24,792 bases of DNA from Calditrichia bacterium (GTDB lineage Bacteria; Calditrichota; Calditrichia; RBG-13-44-9). How positions within the stretch are numbered: the first letter of the stretch is position 1; every line of letters starts with the position of its first letter. A model generated the notes under the pieces. That model did not search any database, was not told the origin of the DNA, and saw nothing but the letters and a program-made list of their open reading frames with translations. Position numbers and translations under genes: made by a program. This document shows, one piece after another, positions 16,976 to 24,792 of the stretch. The DNA is taken from contig JARRQT010000108.1 in the NCBI GenBank assembly GCA_037381445.1, positions 10,231 to 35,022 on the forward strand, read 5' to 3'.

Positions 16976-18034
16976 ATGCCCGATAGCAAAATTATGGTTG
17001 TTGACGATGACTATTCATCCAGACTTTTTCTGAAAAAAGTTTTGGAAAAGGAGAATTATCCCACTACTGCATGCAGCGATGGCATTGAGGCATTGGATGT
17101 CCTGAGTAAACAATCTTTTGACCTTATTATTACAGATTTGAAAATGGAAAGTATCGGAGGGATTGAGCTTCTTGAAAAAATCAAGAATGCGGATGCCCAG
17201 ATTGCCGTCATCATTTTAACTGGTCATGCCTCCATCCAGACAGCAATTGAGGCGTTGCGACTGGGTGCAAGCGATTACTTGATCAAACCCATTAATATTG
17301 AAGAATTGCGCATCAGGGTCAAAAAAGCCTTGGAACGCCGCGATCTGGAAAAACGCTTGACCGAAGCAGAACGGCGGATAACCTACAATGCTACAATCAC
17401 CACCGCAAACCACGAGATTAATCAACCGCTTACCGTAATCCTCTCCGGTGTGGACATGATCAGAATGGAGTTGGAAAAGCATGGGGATGTGGACGCAAAA
17501 ATCAACAACTATCTTCAGCTCATTCAAAAATCGGGACACCGAATCTCCAACATTCTGCGCCGCTTCCGGGAGATTTCTTCCCCTGTCATTCAAAAGATCC
17601 CCCATGGCATGCAGATGATAGAATTGAACATGGATCACCGGGAGAAGACTGATAAAGATCACTATATTTTGATCATAGAAGATGAAGAGAATCTTCGTGA
17701 AGTTATAAAGGATGTTTTGGAAAACAAGAATTACAAAGTCATAACGGCATCGACAGCCAAAGAGGGCATTGAGCTTTATAAAACCAATCAGCATTTGATC
17801 GGCCTGGTATTACTGGACTTTTTTCTTCCTGACGGCTCGGGCGCTGAGGTTTTTAGATTATTCAAGCAATTTAATCCGAACGTCCAGGTGGTCTTGATGT
17901 CCGGATTTGAATTGGATGAGGCCATGCAGGGTATATTGGATGCGGGAGCCATTGGTTTCCTGGCCAAGCCCTTCACCCAGAAACAAATCATCTCTTTTGT
18001 GCAAAAAGTATTTAATGGGAATACTCAATCTTAA
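16976..18034 (+). CDS. REC - HisKA(DHp) - REC signalling protein without an ATPase domain
   Basis: REC1 (VVDDD, ITDLKM, LTG, IKP), H-box ANHEINQPL, REC2 (IIEDE, LLDFFLP, MSG, AKPF); no N/G boxes. Start ATG 16976 behind AAGGA (track start GTG 16952). Confidence 0.9.
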   Translation: MPDSKIMVVDDDYSSRLFLKKVLEKENYPTTACSDGIEALDVLSKQSFDLIITDLKMESIGGIELLEKIKNADAQIAVIILTGHASIQTAIEALRLGASDYLIKPINIEELRIRVKKALERRDLEKRLTEAERRITYNATITTANHEINQPLTVILSGVDMIRMELEKHGDVDAKINNYLQLIQKSGHRISNILRRFREISSPVIQKIPHGMQMIELNMDHREKTDKDHYILIIEDEENLREVIKDVLENKNYKVITASTAKEGIELYKTNQHLIGLVLLDFFLPDGSGAEVFRLFKQFNPNVQVVLMSGFELDEAMQGILDAGAIGFLAKPFTQKQIISFVQKVFNGNTQS

Positions 18035-18049
18035 TCCGGAAAATATATA

Positions 18050-18505
18050 TTGTCATTCCTCCTCTTGTGCGATGAAAAGCTTTTCTTTAGAGTGGCCGCC
18101 ATACTTATTATCCCCGTTTTGGTGTGCGGCGATCAGTTGGCAGCCTTTGTCATCAAACCTTGGGTCGCCCGACTGCGACCGTGCCATGCTTTGGAAAATG
18201 TTCGATTATTGGTGAATTGCGGTGGGAAGTATTCCTTTCCTTCTAATCATGCGACAAACATTGCAGGATTCGCCATGTTATTTACTCTAATCTACCGTAA
18301 ATACTGGTACTGGTTTTGGGGGGTCGCCGTAACGATTTCCTTCAGCAGGATTTATGTTGGGGTTCATTACCCGCTGGATGTCGTGGGTGGAATGATTTTG
18401 GGAAGTCTGATTGGATTATTTATTTTTTATCTTTATAAATTTTTGGCAATGAAATATCCGCATTTAAATTATTATATGAAGCCAGAAAAAGTTGTGAAAA
18501 ATTGA
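18050..18505 (+). CDS. PAP2-family membrane phosphatase, possibly with an in-frame N-terminal deletion
   Basis: C1 K......RP (KPWVARLRP), C2 SFPSNH, C3 SRIYVGVHYPLD; TTG start. Confidence 0.88.
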   Translation: MSFLLLCDEKLFFRVAAILIIPVLVCGDQLAAFVIKPWVARLRPCHALENVRLLVNCGGKYSFPSNHATNIAGFAMLFTLIYRKYWYWFWGVAVTISFSRIYVGVHYPLDVVGGMILGSLIGLFIFYLYKFLAMKYPHLNYYMKPEKVVKN

Positions 18506-18542
18506 GATAATGCTCTGGATGCTACCTGCAGGGGAGAGAATA

Positions 18543-19016
18543 CTATCCATGTAATATAATACTCTTTATAAAATTTATATTTGCTTTGTCCTTTTCGATC
18601 ATTCTTCGGATAAACTCCTGAAACGTAATATGTCCTTCCTGCTCATGAACTCCGGTCCGAAGCCAATAGTTGGAGGGGATGCTGTACAAAAGTTTGAGCA
18701 ACTCCTGACGCTGTTTTAAAAATTTTTCCACAATCTGAAGGAATGCTTCTTCTCTATACACAGTAGAATTGAAATTTTCGGTTCGGATTGATGGTAGATA
18801 AGGATGCTCTTCATTAATGACTTTTTTTAAGCGGTATTCAATGACCTCTTCCTCAATGGTTGTTAACTGGGCAAAGAAATCTCTCAACTCTTCAACCTCG
18901 GATTGTTCTTCCAGGAGGCGCTTTCGTTCGCTGAGAGAATTTAACAGGGCGTAGTAATCCCTGAAATTTTTTTCGATATTGTCAATAAGCTCTTTTATAT
19001 TATTATTCGAATTCAT
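18543..19016 (-). CDS. DinB/YfiT-like four-helix-bundle protein (degenerate metal site)
   Basis: RL..VI.EE.P.LP, F...R......L..I....W.RTG.H...G..T......M...D pattern typical of DinB_2/YfiT proteins. Confidence 0.7.
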   Translation of the reverse strand: MNSNNNIKELIDNIEKNFRDYYALLNSLSERKRLLEEQSEVEELRDFFAQLTTIEEEVIEYRLKKVINEEHPYLPSIRTENFNSTVYREEAFLQIVEKFLKQRQELLKLLYSIPSNYWLRTGVHEQEGHITFQEFIRRMIEKDKANINFIKSIILHG

Positions 19017-19041
19017 TAAAATCTACTATTTTAAACATAAA

Positions 19042-19084
19042 ATGTTATAAATTTGGCTTTTCATAAAAAATGACATAAATCACA
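19042..19084 (-). promoter_or_regulatory. Candidate class II CRP-dependent promoter of the DinB-like gene
   Basis: Minus strand TGTGA-TTTATG-TCATT (19084-19069) is centred at -41.5 relative to a -10 hexamer TAACAT (19047-19042). Confidence 0.55.
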
Positions 19085-19214
19085 TCACCAATACCGCCTA
19101 CAAGCTCGCCATAGATTTGATCTGTGTAAATAACTTTTAAATATTAGATTAAGAAACCCTGGCTGTAATATAATAATGTTTCTCTTCAGATCAAAGTTTC
19201 ATCATAAAAATGGG

Positions 19215-19243
19215 TTGCAATTATTTCTGCTGAAACCTAAATT
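19215..19243 (+). promoter_or_regulatory. sigma70-type promoter of dnaE
   Basis: TTGCAA-N17-TAAATT, with the same -10 as the tRNA promoter; 50 nt upstream of the TTG start. Confidence 0.55.
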
Positions 19244-19293
19244 TGACCACCGTAAATGAAGGCCACAAAATAGTATTTTATGGGGAATAAATC

Positions 19294-22200
19294 TTGGCAT
19301 CCTTTGTACACCTGCATAATCACACACAATATAGTTTGCTCGATGGCGCAATTGATATCAAAAAGATGCTGCGCCGCGCGGCGGAAATGAATTTTGATAC
19401 GCTGGCTATTACCGACCACGGAAATATGTTTGGTGTATTGGATTTTTATCTGGAAGCGAAAAAAACAGGCATCAAACCGATCATTGGAATGGAAGCGTAT
19501 ATTGCGCCTGGCTCGCGTCTGGAGAAAAAGTCCGGGGGCAAAGGAGGAAGTCATGCAGCATTCCATCTCCTGCTACTGGCCAAGAACAATACTGGCTACA
19601 AGAATCTGATGAAATTATCCAGCATTGCTTACCTGGAAGGATTTTATTACAAACCCAGAATTGACAAGGAAGTGCTGAAGCAGCACAGCGAAGGCCTGAT
19701 TGCGGCTTCGGCCTGTATGAAGGGTGAAGTTTTTTATAAACTGAACAAAGTTGGCCGCGATGAAGCGATAAAATCAGTGGAAGACTACCTGGAAATATTC
19801 GGTGAGGATTTCTATCTGGAAATTCAAAACCATAATATTCCGGAAGAGGCAGGATATGAAAATATCTATAAATTAGCCCATGAAATGCGTGTCCCTGTGA
19901 TTGCGACAAACGATGTCCATTATCTTTTAAAGGAGCATCACACATCACACGATGTGCTTCTCTGCATCCAGTCCGGCAAAAACTATAACGATCCCAACAG
20001 GATGCGTTATAACACCACTGAGCTGTATTTGAAAGACATCGATGAGATGTACAAAATGTTTCCCGGGAAGGCAGATGCGCTGGAGCGCACGCTGGAGGTC
20101 GCCGAGAAGTGCAATGTTGAGATTGAAACGGGAAAACTGCTCCTTCCCAAATTTCCGCTGCCGGCCGAAAGCGCTCAAATGTCCCTCGATGAATATCTCA
20201 AAAAAGTGACTTACGAAGGCGCCAAAACATTCTACAAAGAAATTACGCCGGAAATAGAAAAGCGTCTGGAATATGAGCTTGGTATCATAGAGAAAACCGG
20301 GTATGCCGGTTATTTTCTGATTGTAAAGGATTTCATCGATTTTGCACGAAGCCAGGATATTCCGGTTGGATTGGGAAGGGGCTCGGCTGCCGGCAGTCTG
20401 GTAGCCTATTGCACGGGTATCACCAGGGTGGATCCTCTGCGCTATGATCTGCTGTTCGAGCGTTTCCTGAATCCGGAACGCGTAACCATGCCGGATATCG
20501 ACATCGACTTCTGTTTCGAGCGCCGCGAAGAGGTCATCGATTATGTGCGGCGCAAATATGGCGATAAGAATGTTTCTCAGATCATCACCTTCGGGACCAT
20601 GGCTTCCAAGGGTGTCATTCGCGACGTGGCCAGGGCGCTGGGAATCGAATACTCCCAGGCCGATATGATATCGAAATTGATCCCGGTGCATCAGGGAAAA
20701 CCCATGCATCTCTCCGAGGCGCTTGAAAAAATTCCTGATTTGAAGGACATGAATGAGACCGGCAATGAGCAATTTACTGAACTTATGAAGCACGCGCAGG
20801 TGCTGGAGGGATTGGCCCGCCATTCCTCGATTCATGCAGCGGGAATTATCATCGCACCGGATGACATCACAAATTATGCCCCTTTGTACCAGACCGAAGA
20901 AAAGGGCCAAAAGGTCATTTCAACCCAGTTTACCATGAACGGATGCGAAACCATCGGTCTGCTCAAAATGGATTTTCTGGGACTGCGCACCCTGACCGTT
21001 CTGCACCACACCGTTGAAATGCTGCGGGAAAAAGGCATTCAAATCGATCTGGACAACCTTCCCACCGATGATCAGGAAACCTATGAATTATTCAGCGAAG
21101 GCAGCACAGTGGGAATATTCCAGTTTGAGAGTTCCGGCATGCAGGAATATCTGCGCCAGCTAAAACCCAACCGCATTGAAGATCTTATCGCCATGAACGC
21201 CCTTTACCGACCGGGCCCTATGGAAAACATTGAAACCTATATAAAAAGGAAATTTGGTGAAGAGGTAGAATATCCCCATCCAAAACTTGAACCGATCCTG
21301 AAAGAGACCAATGGCATTATTGTATATCAGGAACAGGTGATGCGGGTCGCCTCGGAACTGGCCGGATTCAGCCTCGGAAAAGCAGATATTCTTCGCCGGG
21401 CCATGGGCAAGAAGAAAAAAGAGGTGATGGAAAAACTCAAGATCGAGTTTGTGGATGGCTGCAAGGAGAACGGCATCAACAAAAAAACCGCTGAAGCCAT
21501 CTATGACTTGATTTTTAAATTTGCCAGTTATGGCTTCAATAAATCCCACTCTGCCGCATATGCTATCCTGGCGTATCAGACCGCCTATCTGAAGAGACAT
21601 TATCCTGCAGAATTTATGGCTGCTACCCTCACCTCCGAAATCAATGATTCCTCCCGGATTGTAGTATTGATTGATGAGTGCCGGAAAATGGGATTGGAGA
21701 TCCTGCCGCCGGATGTGAATATTTCCAGGGCCGGTTTTGACGTTCCCGAAAAGAATCAGATTAGTTTCGGTTTGGAGGCCATTAAAAATGTGGGAAAAGC
21801 TGCCATACGTTCCATCATAAAATCCCGGGAAGAAAACGGTAATTTTAAGAATATTTATCAATTACTGCAAAATGTGGACATGCGGTCTGTGAACAAGAAA
21901 ATACTGGAGGCTTTGGTTCAGGCCGGCGCAATGGATTCGCTGGAGGGAACACGCGCCCAGAATTTTGCAGCCATAGAAACCGCCATCAGTTTCGCTCAAA
22001 AATATCAGAGCCAGGCTCAAAATAAATCACAAATTTCCATGTTTGAAATCATGGCAAGTGAGGGCGGTGAAGACGGGGATTCGGAATTTATGACATTCCC
22101 GCCGTTGCCGGATGTGCCGGATTGGGTGATTCAGGAAAAACTGGAACGGGAAAAGGAGTTACTGGGATTTTATATCAGCGGTCATCCACTGGATAAGTAC

Positions 22201-22767
22201 GCCAAAGAGATCGAATTGTTCAGTAATCTGGATTGGAATGATCCCCAGACGTATGCCGAAAATAAGGTGGTGCGCACCGCCGCCATCCTCTCGCAGGTAA
22301 AACCCCATATCGACCGAAAGGGCAACATGATGGCCTTTGTCACATTTGAGGACCAGCATAATTCCTTTGAAGGGGTGATATTCGCTTCTGTTTATGAAAA
22401 ATATGGGACTTATGTCAATCAGGGAGATATGGTTTTTGTGCAGGGGACGGTGAACGGGGGAAGTGAACAGTCATTTAAAATGCTGTGTGATGAAATTATT
22501 CCGATAACGGAGGTACGAAACCGCATGTCCCAGGGATTGCAGCTTGTTATCCAGAGCAAGAATTTCACCGAAGAGAAGGTGGATAATCTTCAAAATATTA
22601 TCAGGCAACATCCCGGAACGATGCCGCTTTATATAGACGTGCACCCTAATGGAAACGGGACCGGTTTCATCATTCGTTCCCGCAAATACCGGGTGGTGCT
22701 GACGGATGAATTTCTGAAGGAACTGCAGAATCTGCTTGGCAAACAGAATGTCATCATAAAAAACTAA
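19294..22767 (+). CDS. dnaE: DNA polymerase III subunit alpha
   Basis: PHP domain (FVHLHNHTQYSLLDG, AITDHG), GRGSAAGSL, catalytic PDIDIDF, KMDFLGLRTL, YGFNKSH, LGFYISGHPL, OB-fold; TTG start; no intein-sized insertion. Confidence 0.98.
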   Translation: MASFVHLHNHTQYSLLDGAIDIKKMLRRAAEMNFDTLAITDHGNMFGVLDFYLEAKKTGIKPIIGMEAYIAPGSRLEKKSGGKGGSHAAFHLLLLAKNNTGYKNLMKLSSIAYLEGFYYKPRIDKEVLKQHSEGLIAASACMKGEVFYKLNKVGRDEAIKSVEDYLEIFGEDFYLEIQNHNIPEEAGYENIYKLAHEMRVPVIATNDVHYLLKEHHTSHDVLLCIQSGKNYNDPNRMRYNTTELYLKDIDEMYKMFPGKADALERTLEVAEKCNVEIETGKLLLPKFPLPAESAQMSLDEYLKKVTYEGAKTFYKEITPEIEKRLEYELGIIEKTGYAGYFLIVKDFIDFARSQDIPVGLGRGSAAGSLVAYCTGITRVDPLRYDLLFERFLNPERVTMPDIDIDFCFERREEVIDYVRRKYGDKNVSQIITFGTMASKGVIRDVARALGIEYSQADMISKLIPVHQGKPMHLSEALEKIPDLKDMNETGNEQFTELMKHAQVLEGLARHSSIHAAGIIIAPDDITNYAPLYQTEEKGQKVISTQFTMNGCETIGLLKMDFLGLRTLTVLHHTVEMLREKGIQIDLDNLPTDDQETYELFSEGSTVGIFQFESSGMQEYLRQLKPNRIEDLIAMNALYRPGPMENIETYIKRKFGEEVEYPHPKLEPILKETNGIIVYQEQVMRVASELAGFSLGKADILRRAMGKKKKEVMEKLKIEFVDGCKENGINKKTAEAIYDLIFKFASYGFNKSHSAAYAILAYQTAYLKRHYPAEFMAATLTSEINDSSRIVVLIDECRKMGLEILPPDVNISRAGFDVPEKNQISFGLEAIKNVGKAAIRSIIKSREENGNFKNIYQLLQNVDMRSVNKKILEALVQAGAMDSLEGTRAQNFAAIETAISFAQKYQSQAQNKSQISMFEIMASEGGEDGDSEFMTFPPLPDVPDWVIQEKLEREKELLGFYISGHPLDKYAKEIELFSNLDWNDPQTYAENKVVRTAAILSQVKPHIDRKGNMMAFVTFEDQHNSFEGVIFASVYEKYGTYVNQGDMVFVQGTVNGGSEQSFKMLCDEIIPITEVRNRMSQGLQLVIQSKNFTEEKVDNLQNIIRQHPGTMPLYIDVHPNGNGTGFIIRSRKYRVVLTDEFLKELQNLLGKQNVIIKN

Positions 22768-22788
22768 TGTGGATCCGGGTGTGATTTT

Positions 22789-23250
22789 ATGAAAGCGGTG
22801 ATACAAAGGGTTTCTGAGGCATCGGTTGATGTTGATGGAAAGGTCGTGGGAAAGATCGGTCGCGGCTTTGCGGTTCTACTTGGCATCCATGAAGAGGATG
22901 AGGAAGCTGATGCGGAATATCTCGCGAACAAAATAGCTAATTTGCGGGTATTCGAGGATGCTGAAGGGAAAATGAATATCAGTCTGCAGGAAATACAGGG
23001 AGAGGTGCTGGCAATTTCTCAGTTCACGCTGTATGCGGATACCCGAAAGGGACGCCGGCCCAGTTTTATCAAGGCTGCGATTCCGGAAAAGGCGGAACCT
23101 CTTTATGAATATTTTATAAAATGTATGGAAAAACAGAATGTCAGCGCAGCCCGCGGTGTATTCGGTGCTATGATGATGGTGAAAATATTTAATCAGGGAC
23201 CTGTAACCATTATCATCGATAGTGAAGATAGGCTGAAACCACGTCGATAA
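22789..23250 (+). CDS. dtd: D-aminoacyl-tRNA deacylase
   Basis: [36 protein letters not shown]...N.GPVT motifs. Confidence 0.97.
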   Translation: MKAVIQRVSEASVDVDGKVVGKIGRGFAVLLGIHEEDEEADAEYLANKIANLRVFEDAEGKMNISLQEIQGEVLAISQFTLYADTRKGRRPSFIKAAIPEKAEPLYEYFIKCMEKQNVSAARGVFGAMMMVKIFNQGPVTIIIDSEDRLKPRR

Positions 23251-23266
23251 TTCGAACGGAGATAGA

Positions 23267-24073
23267 ATGGATTTGAATCAATTACCTTTGTGGAAAAGAA
23301 TATTTACAAAAAATTTCTTTCTTAAGCTGGCTATCTATCTGGCTGCGTTTGTTGTTTTTTTGTTCCTGATGGATGCGGTGATTATGCCGCTCTATACCAA
23401 GCACGGCCAGGAATATGAGCTTCCCGATGTGACTGACAAACCGCTGCAGCAAGGACTGGAAACCCTGAAAGCGGACGGCTTCACTCCCATCATAAAAGAT
23501 TCGATTTACGATGAACAATTTGCTCCGGGGGCTATCATTCAGCAGAACCCGCTTCCGTTCTCCCAGGTCAAAAAGGGGCGGCGGGTTTATCTGGTGGTGA
23601 GTATTGGCGAAAAACCGAGGTATATCCCGCGTCTGATCGGACTCACGCCGCAGGATGCTGAATTCCGGCTGCGGGAGGAAGGATTCAAACTGAACAAGAC
23701 CATCTACGAATTTTCCGATTTTTATCCGCGGGGTGTTGTTTTTAATCAGTCCATTCCGGCGGGGGAGGCTGCGGAAAGAAATCAGAACGTCAACATAACG
23801 GTCAGTCTGGGACCGGCGCCAACCTCGCTGGAGGTGCCCAACCTGGTAGGAAAAAGTCTGGAAAGCGCCAAAAAGGAGCTGGATGCAGTGGGCGTGAGAT
23901 TGGGAAGAGTCAAATATACCTACCGTTCGAACCTGGTTCCGGGAACCGTTTTGAATCAATCCATTTCACCGGGACACAGCGTGGTGAAAGCAGATTCAAT
24001 CAATTTACTGGTCAGCACTGACCAGGCACCCCAAACGGAGACCCCAAATGATTCCACAGCAGACCGATTATAA
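23267..24073 (+). CDS. Membrane-anchored protein with three PASTA domains
   Basis: N-terminal TM helix, then three repeats of P.(V/L).(G/D)......A...L...G, G....Q...G and V.L.VS.G; no kinase or transpeptidase domain. Confidence 0.9.
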   Translation: MDLNQLPLWKRIFTKNFFLKLAIYLAAFVVFLFLMDAVIMPLYTKHGQEYELPDVTDKPLQQGLETLKADGFTPIIKDSIYDEQFAPGAIIQQNPLPFSQVKKGRRVYLVVSIGEKPRYIPRLIGLTPQDAEFRLREEGFKLNKTIYEFSDFYPRGVVFNQSIPAGEAAERNQNVNITVSLGPAPTSLEVPNLVGKSLESAKKELDAVGVRLGRVKYTYRSNLVPGTVLNQSISPGHSVVKADSINLLVSTDQAPQTETPNDSTADRL

Positions 24074-24752
24074 AATATTGCCGTCCATTCTGTCTGCGGA
24101 TTTCGGAAAATTCGCCGAGGAAGCAAAGACAGTTGACATACAAGAAATTGACCATCTTCACATTGATGTGATGGATGGTCATTTTGTGCCCAACCTGACC
24201 ATCGGCCCCCAGGTAGTGGAATCGCTGAAAAAGCACACTCGGTTCAAGTTTGACGTACATCTGATGATTGAAAATGCGCCGGAGTTTATTCCCCGTTTCG
24301 CAGAGGCCGGAGCAGATTTTATCACCATCCATCAGGAAGCGGTGATTCATCTTCACCGCAACATATATCTCATTAAGGAGCACGGCGTGAAAGCCGGTGT
24401 GACTATCAATCCGGCAACCTCACTGGAGAGCATCCGGTGGGTACTGAATGATGTTGATCTGGTTTTGATCATGAGTGTGAATCCCGGTTTTGGCGGACAG
24501 GAGTTTATTCCCGCCAGCGTTGAGAAAATCCGGCAATTGGCAAAATGGCGGGAGGAGATGGGGGCAAATTTTATTATCGAGGTGGATGGCGGCATTGAGC
24601 CCGAAACCATCGGACAAGCCTACGCGGCAGGCGCCCGTTATTTTGTGTCCGGCAGTTTTATTTTCAGCAAGGCGGACAGACCCGGCGCCATCCGGTCAAT
24701 GATCCGTTCCATAGAGGATACCAGACGCAAAATGTCCTCCAAACTGGTTTGA
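24048..24752 (+). CDS. rpe: Ribulose-phosphate 3-epimerase
   Basis: PSILSADF, HIDVMDGHFVPNLTIG, DVHLM, MSVNPGFGGQ, IEVDGGI motifs. Confidence 0.98.
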   Translation: MIPQQTDYKILPSILSADFGKFAEEAKTVDIQEIDHLHIDVMDGHFVPNLTIGPQVVESLKKHTRFKFDVHLMIENAPEFIPRFAEAGADFITIHQEAVIHLHRNIYLIKEHGVKAGVTINPATSLESIRWVLNDVDLVLIMSVNPGFGGQEFIPASVEKIRQLAKWREEMGANFIIEVDGGIEPETIGQAYAAGARYFVSGSFIFSKADRPGAIRSMIRSIEDTRRKMSSKLV

Positions 24753-24792
24753 GAAGCAAAGAATTTGAACGGCCGCAATTTGAAGAAATTCC

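Noticed and set aside
17907..18215. 102-aa ORF spanning the REC-DHp-REC / PAP2 junction, considered as the missing PAP2 N-terminus
   Set aside because: Its translation does not resemble the PAP2 N-terminus; the family-like start is in frame at TTG 18050.
19481..21861. Long antisense ORFs inside dnaE (155, 321 and 233 aa) and similar shadow ORFs over tdk, sppA, lapB, the REC genes and the PASTA gene
   Set aside because: They fully overlap well-supported genes and have no motifs; expected from codon bias on the sense strand.
24749..24792. Possible start of the next gene after rpe
   Set aside because: Too little sequence to choose a frame or assign a product.

Overview
Bacterial chromosomal segment with mostly + strand housekeeping genes. 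Gene content (PorV/UPF0164 barrel, LapA/LapB, PASTA-rpe, MqnA-like) suggests a diderm FCB-group organism such as Calditrichaeota; this is inference only. Order: 3' end of an RND transporter; a tRNA-Ala(GGC)/tRNA-Cys(GCA) unit with an unannotated 50-aa membrane ORF between the tRNAs; udk, tdk and a frameshifted nupC; sppA; a CDP-alcohol phosphatidyltransferase; purine nucleoside phosphorylase; a membrane-tailed receiver protein; lapA-lapB-SPOR-Crp/Fnr-hybrid histidine kinase-broken MqnA-like gene; a PorV-like gene; a STAS / REC-RsbW-like kinase / REC-DHp-REC signalling module; a PAP2 phosphatase; a DinB-like gene; dnaE-dtd-PASTA-rpe. I saw no mobile element, CRISPR array or rRNA. Most notable: the intra-tRNA small ORF, the atypical partner-switch/phosphorelay proteins with candidate sigma28, sigma54 and CRP-type promoters, and three genes that appear to have internal deletions (real decay or assembly error). 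All family calls come from motif recognition by eye; no searches were run.
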